Below, in pieces: positions 54,958-64,000 of a DNA stretch of 64,000 nt. Under the pieces are notes generated by a model, which saw only the letters and a program-made list of their open reading frames with translations, was not told where the DNA came from and did no database searches. A program made the position numbers and the translations under genes. Source of the DNA: Octopus sinensis (taxonomy: Eukaryota); the NCBI RefSeq assembly GCF_006345805.1, contig NC_043006.1:99076001-99140000 (forward strand), read 5' to 3'. Numbering within the stretch: position 1 is the stretch's first letter; every line of letters begins with the position of its first letter.

Positions 54958-56714
54958 ATACCAACCCCGAAAAACCAAAAATAGTGAATCTTTCTAACCT
55001 AAACCTGTCGACACCACAAATAAAAATCCTTTCAAGAGGACTAAAATTCACCCCAACTCCGCAATACCCTAACCTGAGGGAAATACAGGATGACATCTCA
55101 CACTTTTGCAGAAAATTACGCCTCACAGAGGAATTTTTTGACAGGAAAACTAATAATAACGACGAATCAATGGTCTGTAACAAAAGCAACTATAATCCCA
55201 TAAAAGGCAAAAACAAAACCTTAGACAAATTTTGCGATTACATCTCCAACTTCCCTTATGGTGAACTCCCACAACCTAAACTCAAACCCAACACCTGTAA
55301 AAGAAAATGGGAAATCATCCATACGCTACGAGACAATCATGACGTCACAATAAAGGAAGCTGATAAGGGTAGTACGGTCGTTGTTATGAATACTGAGCAA
55401 TATAAAAACTCTGTATCTCTCCTTTTAGAGGACACCACATACTATGAAAGAGTAGTCGACTACCAGCAATCCAAAACAATGACCAAACTGAAGGCACTCA
55501 TTTACCAACACCGGAATGACTTGACAGCAAAGGAATGCGACTACATTACTAAATTTAATTGCAAAACCAGCACACTTTATGGGCTTCCAAAAATACACAA
55601 GAGTCAAATTATCACAGAAGCTTGCAAAAAGTCCACTTCAACCTGCATCACTATACCACATCTCACTGATCTCAAACTGAGACCAATAGTGGCAGGCCCA
55701 AGTTGTGAAACACACAGACTTAGCAACTTTATAGATATCATCTTAAAGCCAATACTGAAACACATTCCAAGTATTGTAAGAGATGACCTGGACCTATTAA
55801 ATCACCTCCCCAAACATGCCGATAAAGACACCTTAATCGTTTCTTTTGATGTTATTAATCTTTACACCACAATCCCACATGAATATGGACTGGAAGCCAT
55901 TAAATTCTGGCTGGATAAATATCCCAATGAGATCCCGGAAAGAATTAAAAAAGAATTCATAATTGAGGGCCTCAAATTTATTCTGCAAAACAACTTCATG
56001 TATTTCCACAACAACACTTATAGACAGGTCTCAGGAACTGCAATGGGTACGAACGTTGCACCTACCTATGCAAACCGGATGATGCTCTACCTGGAATCAC
56101 ATATCTATGAAAAATCCAAATATAAGTACGGCCAGTCTTTCCACAAATACCTGTTGGAGAACTGGAAACGCTACTTAGATGATTGCCTCATCCTATGGTC
56201 CCACACACTCGACCAACTTATAGACTTCAAAACCCTTATCAACAGTGTAAATAAAAACATTCAATTCACAATGGAATATAGTCAGGACCAACTCCCTTTT
56301 CTTGACATCCTAATCATTAAAAAAGGAGTCAACATTGAAACTGACATCCATTACAAACCCACTGACTCTAAACAATACCTTCTATTCACCTCCAATCACC
56401 CAAAACACACAAAGACAAATATCCCCTTCAACCTAGCGAGAAGAATCTGCACTATTGTCTCAAATGACACAACACTAAATAGAAGACTCCGGGAACTAAG
56501 GGCAATTCTTCTCGAAAGACATTACCCGGCATCACTAGTAGACAACGGAATAGAACGGGCCAAATCAATCAACATTCAAGACCTACGAAAACCCAAACAC
56601 ATCCACAGTACAGTAAATAGCCTCCCCTATCTCTCAACACACAACCCAAGGAATGCAGAAGCTTACACTATTATATACAACAACATTCCACAACTAAATC
56701 AAGACCACGCCTGA
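54951..56714 (+). CDS. PLE reverse transcriptase
   Basis: LYGLPKIHK, RPIVAG, SFDVINLYTTIP, QVSGTAMGT..APTYAN, WKRYLDDC, LPFLDI, HPKHTKTNIPFNLARRIC. Confidence 0.97.
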   Translation: MVDTNPEKPKIVNLSNLNLSTPQIKILSRGLKFTPTPQYPNLREIQDDISHFCRKLRLTEEFFDRKTNNNDESMVCNKSNYNPIKGKNKTLDKFCDYISNFPYGELPQPKLKPNTCKRKWEIIHTLRDNHDVTIKEADKGSTVVVMNTEQYKNSVSLLLEDTTYYERVVDYQQSKTMTKLKALIYQHRNDLTAKECDYITKFNCKTSTLYGLPKIHKSQIITEACKKSTSTCITIPHLTDLKLRPIVAGPSCETHRLSNFIDIILKPILKHIPSIVRDDLDLLNHLPKHADKDTLIVSFDVINLYTTIPHEYGLEAIKFWLDKYPNEIPERIKKEFIIEGLKFILQNNFMYFHNNTYRQVSGTAMGTNVAPTYANRMMLYLESHIYEKSKYKYGQSFHKYLLENWKRYLDDCLILWSHTLDQLIDFKTLINSVNKNIQFTMEYSQDQLPFLDILIIKKGVNIETDIHYKPTDSKQYLLFTSNHPKHTKTNIPFNLARRICTIVSNDTTLNRRLRELRAILLERHYPASLVDNGIERAKSINIQDLRKPKHIHSTVNSLPYLSTHNPRNAEAYTIIYNNIPQLNQDHA

Positions 56715-57225
56715 AAAAAATACTGGCAGCTCATAAAATAATAAAAAGTAAGAGACAACCTAAATCCCTAAAAAACCTCCTCACCAACGCAAAATTACAC
56801 AACACAAACCACCGCCCACCATCAAAAAATGTGGTCGCCCCAACTGCAAGACCTGCATCCACCTCATTGAGGGATCGTCGTACAAGTTCCACTCGGGACA
56901 CACATTCATCATAAAAAATAATTTCACGTGCGCATCAAAAAATTTACTCTACGTCATAAGGTGTGAAGGATGCCACGAAGACTACATAGGGCAAACGAGC
57001 CTTACCCTCAGAGAAAGAATGACAGTTCACCGACAACAACTGAGGGACCCCTCCACAAGACAGATACCACTAAGTGGACACTTAGACCTTTTTGCACACA
57101 ATAAGTCCCCCAAATTCTTAGTCTTCCCACTATACCAATGCTCGGACAACACCACAGACCAAACACGAATAAATAAGGAAAGTAATCTTATTCAAAAATA
57201 CAGACCACAACTAAACATACTCTAA
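56711..57225 (+). CDS. PLE linker Zn-finger plus GIY-YIG endonuclease (two -1 frameshifts relative to RT)
   Basis: LKKILAAHKIIKSKRQPKSLKNLL (from 56711), then from 56821 IKKCGRPNCKTC..FTCASKNLLYVIRCEGCHEDYIGQT..RMTVHRQQ..KESNLIQKYRPQLN. Confidence 0.9.
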
Positions 57226-57369
57226 CATACCCCCTGGAAACACATCCAGAGCAAGCACACAGGGACACGCGCACACTCACAGCATATCGTGCGGGCGAGC
57301 ACATGCGCGCATCGGCACGCATAGGACACACTAGCGGGCATTGACCGCACACATACGTGGCATGCAAAC

Positions 57370-57859
57370 GCATGCATTATATATATGTAGGTTATGTATG
57401 TGTGTGAGTGTTGTGTGTGTGTGTGTGCACGTTGTGTATGTGTGTGTGCGCGTGTGTATATATATGTGTGTGTGTGTGCACTGTGTGCGTGTGTGTGTAT
57501 GTGTGTGTGCGCGCGTTGTGTGTGTGTGTGCACGTGTGTATATATGTGTGTGTGTGTGCACTGTGTGCGTGTGTGTATGTGTGTGTGTGTGTGTGAGCAT
57601 TGTGTACGTGTGTATGTATTTACATGTGTATTTGTTTATATATATATGTGTGTGTGTTGTGTGTGTATATGCATGGTATGTGTGTGTATGTGTGTACATT
57701 GTTTGTGTGTGTGTGCGGTATGTAGAGATATATTTGAGTGTGTACGCTATAGGTTTGTAATTTGTGTGTATGGGTGTGTGTGTGAATTTTTTATATATAT
57801 ATGTGTGTGTATGTGTGTGAAAAAATATATGTATGTGCATGTATGTATGTATGTATATG

Positions 57860-57914
<55 letters not shown>

Positions 57915-58645
57915 ATATTTATTTGCATGTTTATGTGTGTATAAACATGTGCATTATTTGCATGCGCATTGTGTATATGTATATTGTATGTATGTGTATT
58001 GTATATGTATGTGTACAATTAAGTGTATATATGTGTGTGTATGTGTGCATTGTATATATGTATATTGTAGGTGTGCTATATATGCATGAATACATGTATA
58101 TGCATTGCGTGTATATATATGTATGCATTGTGCATGTATGTTATGTGTGTGTGTGTTTATATATATTATATGTATGCGTACGTGTATGTGTATGCATTGT
58201 ATGTATGTATATTGTGTGTATATGTGGTATATCTATGTATGTGTATGTAAACACTATTTATATGTATACATGTATATATGTATATGCATTGTCTATATAT
58301 ATATATATTATATGTATGTATTGCGTACGTATATTGCATGCATATATTGTGTATGTGTATTATATACATGCTGTATGTGTATATTGTATGTGTATATATA
58401 TGCTAGGTGTATTTGTGTGATATTTATATTATGTATGTATGTGTGCGTGTGTTGTGTGTGTGTGTGTATGTGTTGTGTGTGTATGTGTGTTATATATGTG
58501 TGTATATTATATATAAATACATGTTATATTTGTGTGCTGTGTGTATATATTATATATGTGGGTGCGTTGTGTGTGTGTGTGTGTTCTGTGTGTGTGTTGT
58601 GTGTATGTGGTGTGTGTTTGTATACTATGTGTGTGTGTGTGTTGT

Positions 58646-58677
<32 letters not shown>

Positions 58678-58685
58678 TGTGTGAC
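57370..58685. repeat. About 1.3-kb degenerate (TG/TA)n array between the PLE ORF and its 3' repeat
   Basis: Mixed TGTG/TATG/TGCA units with short internal duplications. Confidence 0.9.
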
Positions 58686-59684
58686 AAATAGACGCTGTCT
58701 GACCAGCAGGCACGGACACATCTATTCACACCCACATACTAACCTCCTGATAACCCCAAAACCATTGATAATTGAAGAGGAAGTATACACCACACTGGGT
58801 ACATCTTTTTTTCTCTCAATTCAACCTTTCTGCTAAAACAAACAGGTCAGTAAAAACATATTCTCGCCTTCAACTTAAAATATTCTGAGATGTATAAAAA
58901 ATCCATTTTAATTTTTGCTGTCAAAAGACTGTATATATATACCAAAGACTGTATATATATACATGTAATGTGACAATTTGCGACAACCAATAATTAACGC
59001 AACCAAATTTCCAATAATATATTTGTTTTATCCTTTTCTGCCAATTTTTCCAAATATTCTCATCACACTATTGAACTTCTCTGTTACCAAACACTATATT
59101 TATACATGTAATGTGACAATTATGTATAAAAAAACATTTAATTCATAATACCCAATTCATAATACACCCACATACTAACCTCCTGATAACCCCAAAACCA
59201 TTGATAATTGAAGAGGAAGTATACACCACACTGGGTACATCTTTTTTTCTCTCAATTCAACCTTTCTGCTAAAACAAACAGGTCAGTAAAAACATATTCT
59301 CGCCTTCAACTTAAAATATTCTGAGATGTATAAAAAATCCATTTTAATTTTTGCTGTCAAAAGACTGTATATATATACCAAAGACTGTATATATATACAT
59401 GTAATTTGCGACAACCAATAATTAACGCAACCAAATTTCCAATAATATATTTGTTTTATCCTTTTCTGCCAATTTTTCCAAATATTCTCATCACACTATT
59501 GAACTTCTCTGTTACCAAACACTATATTTATACATGTAATGTGACAATTATGTATAAAAAAACATTTAATTCATAATACCCAATGTGACAATTATGTAAA
59601 AAAAATTTTTGAATGCATAATATTCAATGTGACAATTATGTAAAAAAATTTTTGAACCCATATTATTCAATGTTGCTTTTAATG

Positions 59685-59729
59685 TTACTTTTGACAATCT
59701 TTTACCAAAGAGTGAAACCGGTTAAGTAA
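59685..59729 (+). ncRNA. Hammerhead-like motif with TTGACAA core (mirror copy at 53402-53445, minus strand)
   Basis: TTACTT-TTGACAA-TCTTT tacc AAAGA-GT-GAAA-CCGGTT-AAGTAA: 6-bp stem I, 5-bp stem II, palindromic helix III ACCGGT, triplet GUU. Confidence 0.55.
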
Positions 59730-59803
59730 ATAAACATCGTTTAAATTGCATTTTCAAACCTTTTTCTTATATAATCCCACTCGTGCGATACCCCACAACT
59801 CAA

Positions 59804-59844
<41 letters not shown>

Positions 59845-59920
59845 GTGTGTGTTTGCGCGTGCATATACAGAGGTAGGCAGATAAATATGTAGATAGAAAT
59901 AGATAAATAGATAGACAGAC

Positions 59921-60035
<115 letters not shown>

Positions 60036-60917
60036 CAGACGTATAAATACATACTACGAAAACGCTTCTTGTAAAATACACGAGATGATGTGATTCTGAA
60101 TCGGGTCAATTTAGAATTAATCCATTTGGGAAATCATGACTAAATATCTACCTATTTCAGCCTTTACTGTAATAAATATCTGAAGTGTTTCAATGATAGA
60201 CGCATATAAATCTTGTAAATGCACTGCATATATTGTTCTATTATCTAATATATGATCGTTGTTATAAATCAACCCCAATGCACAGCTGGTATTGTAGTCT
60301 ATCGAACCTGGATAAAAGAAATGGTGGAATGGAAGTTATAGTTATATGAAGTCAGATCATAAAGAACAAAGTGATTTTTTAAAGAAAATTTCTGTTACTC
60401 CAATGAATCTACATAATCCAAATCCCCATAATGCAGAAACTGACTATAAGTGCAAGGATAAAGAGCGACGCCCATGTATTAAAATGACACTAAAGTACTA
60501 AACGTCACTTATTTTATGTAACTCAAATGAGGAAATGCAAATGTTGATCTTGAGGAATTTGAACTAAGAACGTAAGGAAATGGAAGGGTAACTAAGAACA
60601 AGCTTCCTGGTGCCCTAACTGCCAGTTCTTCGCCTAAATAATACATAAAACAATAAATGTACTTCGAGTTTAGAACATTTCCAAACAGTTAACAAATTTC
60701 GTTACAAGTGCAAGTTAGTTATGCAATAGTCTCTGAATTATGAGTTAAACAATATTATAATTTTGTGCCCTCTAATAAATGATCAATGGAGGATTAGATA
60801 CACAAACACAAACGTGCACTTGTGCGTACACACACTTATATACATACATATTATATATACAAACACACACATATGAGGGATTTATTTGCAATTGTACTCT
60901 ATTAAAGTAACTAAAGT

Positions 60918-61020
<103 letters not shown>

Positions 61021-61372
61021 CTCACATCAATATGTACAGTCGTATATATGTGAGTGTATGTGTGTGTGTGCGTGTAAAATATGTGAGATCTTATATACTC
61101 ATGTTTGTGCAAATATATAATTCATAGCATCATATATGCAAGTATTTAAGTAAATTTTCTGCCGGAAATGTGGCGTAAAACACCAGTCCATTAACATCGT
61201 TTTACAAATTCTTTTATTCAAATAAATATCGCAGTCAACACATGAATCGATAATAGGTAATTGTTATTTTGAAGCAATAATTCAGTGTTTCTCCATTCTT
61301 TTTTATTTTTGTTTTGAGAGCGATTTGCATTTTGAGAATCAGCACACTTTTTTTTTATTTGAAACGTCCTGC

Positions 61373-61456
<84 letters not shown>

Positions 61457-61507
61457 GAAATAATAATAATAATAATAATAATCATAATAATAATAATAAT
61501 AATAATC

Positions 61508-61565
<58 letters not shown>

Positions 61566-61593
61566 TAATAGAAATAATAATAATAATAATAGA

Positions 61594-61637
<44 letters not shown>

Positions 61638-61804
61638 TCATGATAATAATAATAATAATAATCATAATAATAATAATAATAGTAATAATAATAATAATAA
61701 TAGTAATAATAATAATAATAATAGTAATAATAATAATAATAATAGTAATGATAATAATAATAATAGTAATAATAATAATAATAGTAATAATAATAATAAT
61801 AATA

Positions 61805-61835
<31 letters not shown>

Positions 61836-61879
61836 TAGTAGTAGTAATAATAATAATAATAATAATAATAGTAGTAGTA

Positions 61880-61924
<45 letters not shown>

Positions 61925-61987
61925 GTAATAATAATAATAATAGTAATAATAATAATAGTAATAATAATAACAATAATAATAATGATA
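61373..61987. repeat. About 610-bp (AAT)n array with AGT/AAC/ATC variants
   Basis: Directly visible; source of the spurious poly-I and poly-L ORFs. Confidence 0.98.
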
Positions 61988-62805
61988 AATACGTCATCCC
62001 TGTTCTTTTTTTTCATATTGATATCGTTTTACAGTTGTTAACGTTTGTATTGTTTATGTATTTGTAATATGGCTTTTGTTAATAGTATTACTGGTTTAAA
62101 TTTAATTTCGTAATGTTTTATTAGTTTTGTACATTACTCCGAACGTCAAGGATGTTCGCACTTTACATATACATCTCATGCCTATATAATTCAAATTGAA
62201 ATGTGTGCATTTCAATTTGATTTTTATTGCTTGCAATAGTAGATTCCATTTCTGAAATAAATCGCAGGTTTCATTTTAAATATTTTTTTTATGAATGTTT
62301 GCTTTTCAAATTAAATGTTTTATCGAATGCTATGTGTTGTTTCTGCGTGTGGCAACTTCTTTATATTTTGTTAAAACAATGGGTTATAGAAATATATAGG
62401 ATTTGGAATGAGTTCTGAATGAAAAAAATCTATGTAGTAATACGTTCTATCGGAGGGAAAATTCGCTAACATGGTAAAAAATGTTGAAACCTGTTTTAAA
62501 CTCAGTGGAATGCACACTTAGGCTGTTGAAAGTTTTTTCAGAGAAATTGATGGTAGAATTATTATACGAGCACTAAGATATATTCGTGTCATGTTAGCTC
62601 ATAAATAAATGTTCGTGCATGTAATATAAAACTTGTAAAATCTGAATGCAGAATTCATTAATATCTCTTTAATCGGTACGGTTCTGTGCGTTATAAATCT
62701 GTATCATTTAACGAACCTAAAAGATAACGGTAATATATACGGTTTCTCTGACCTATGTGTTCCCCGCAGGTGGACATGACGCCAGTCCATCGCAGCGTTA
62801 CTGAA

Positions 62806-62999
62806 GAAACAGGAAGAAAGAGTGAGAGAGAAAGTTAGGGTGAAAGGGTACAACAGGGGTCACCAACACCCCCTGCCGGAGAATCGTGGAGCTTTAGGTG
62901 TTTTCGCTGAATAAACACACACAACGCCTGGTCTGGGAATCGAAACCGCGATCCTCCGTCCGCGAGTCCGCTGCCCGAACCACTGGGCCATTGCGCCTC
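62806..62999 (-). mobile_element. tRNA-derived SINE, 5' half (family of 31296-31684)
   Basis: Highly similar to 31495-31684 (GGGAATCGAAACCGCGATCCT..CCACTGGGCCATTGCGCCTC). Confidence 0.9.
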
Positions 63000-64000
63000 A
63001 CACACACATATGTTGGAATTATATATGTGACGTGACAGATAAAATACACACACACACACATACACGCACACAACACACAACACATATACACACACGCAAA
63101 AGAGTATCACTACATAATTGCAAAATGTATTTATTATTCAAACATACCCCTTTTGCGCAACATTAATTACATACAAATGAAAATACTTGAAGTTAGAAAG
63201 CAACTGAAATCCCATACTTAAAACTAGGAAATAAGTGATGAAAACACTTCATTAACAAATAAATCAAACCAATAACCTAAACAGGAATTCAGTGCCGGCA
63301 CTGTGTGTTGCCTAATATGAGAATCAGGATTGCACAGGATTGATATTTAGGGATAACATCGAAAATCTAATGGAGGTATATGCATTGATTTGGAAAAGGT
63401 CAAAATATATTATACAACCTCATTAAATATTCACATTAAAGAAAAAAAAACATTTTTCTTGTTAAGTGGAAAATCTTATTTTTTAAATAGTCAACTGGAA
63501 ATGCTTCTGAATTACAGTCACTTGTCATAAATTTGTAAACCAATAATATATCAAACGCTAGGAAAATAAATAGCAAAAAGGAGTATAAACGAAGGCGCAA
63601 CATATAAAAACATAAAGCAATAGAAAAATATATATATAAAAAACGAAGGCATATTTAAAAAGTATTAGCGATCATACGGGCCACAGAAAATGTTCACTGT
63701 CCATTCTCATTAAAAGCTAAGACGTTCGGTGAATCAATACTGTTTTCAGATTTTATAGACGATGGACCGAACAATATCTGCCTTTTTACGATAGCAGATT
63801 AGAATTTCTTCATATTTTTCTATTCCCGCGAAGGCTATAATTTCAATATCGACTTTACTATGTTGCAGAAATCTATCTAATTTATAGCTTATATTCTTAT
63901 TTCGATTTTAAGACTTCGGCAAACTTCAGTAACTTGCACAAATGCACGCACAAACATAAATGCAACCTCTCAGGCACTCACTTACTAAACATACATAGAT

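Larger units (their letters stand above)
53360..59808 (+). mobile_element. Near-complete Neptune-type Penelope-like retroelement with inverted 5' repeat and partially tandem 3' repeat
   Basis: 53360-53888 is the reverse complement of 59249-59770; RT and GIY-YIG coding region; 3' units at 58728-59163 and 59164-59770; about 38-nt tail; (TA)n on both sides. Confidence 0.95.

Noticed and set aside
59538-59670. Three repeats of about 43 bp (AATGTGACAATTATGTA..) as a CRISPR-like array
   Set aside because: The intervening sequences are related to each other rather than unique spacers; the context is a eukaryotic PLE terminal repeat with no cas genes.
61373-61987. Higher-order periodicity in the (AAT)n/(AGT) array as a coded signal
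   Set aside because: Explained by slippage amplifying single substitutions.

Overview
AT-rich, microsatellite-saturated eukaryotic DNA, almost certainly intronic or intergenic. The SINE families and repeat style suggest a coleoid cephalopod (octopus-like); this is inference. No host gene can be called with confidence, and most tracked ORFs are translations of (TA)n, (TG)n or (AAT)n. The window is a transposon landscape. It holds a near-complete Neptune-type Penelope-like element (PLE; 53.4-59.8 kb; RT plus GIY-YIG, inverted 5' copy of its 3' repeat, hammerhead-like motif), three further PLE relics, CR1, RTE and Tx1/L1 LINE fragments, a mariner relic, six Helitron-type elements and several tRNA-derived SINEs. 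Main observations: (1) a head-to-head palindromic element whose arms each read tRNA-like Pol III head, (AAT)n, hammerhead-ribozyme-type tail, a candidate PLE-mobilised ribozyme SINE; (2) a full-length 5S rRNA copy fused to a CR1 3' tail that is also present on a LINE in this window; (3) a repeated fold-back architecture at (TA)n arrays, shared by three short hairpin inserts and the large PLE; (4) a hammerhead-like core with an apparent U3:A8 compensatory pair; (5) three -1 frameshifts in the large PLE, all at homopolymers, one on a U UUU UUA slippery heptamer.
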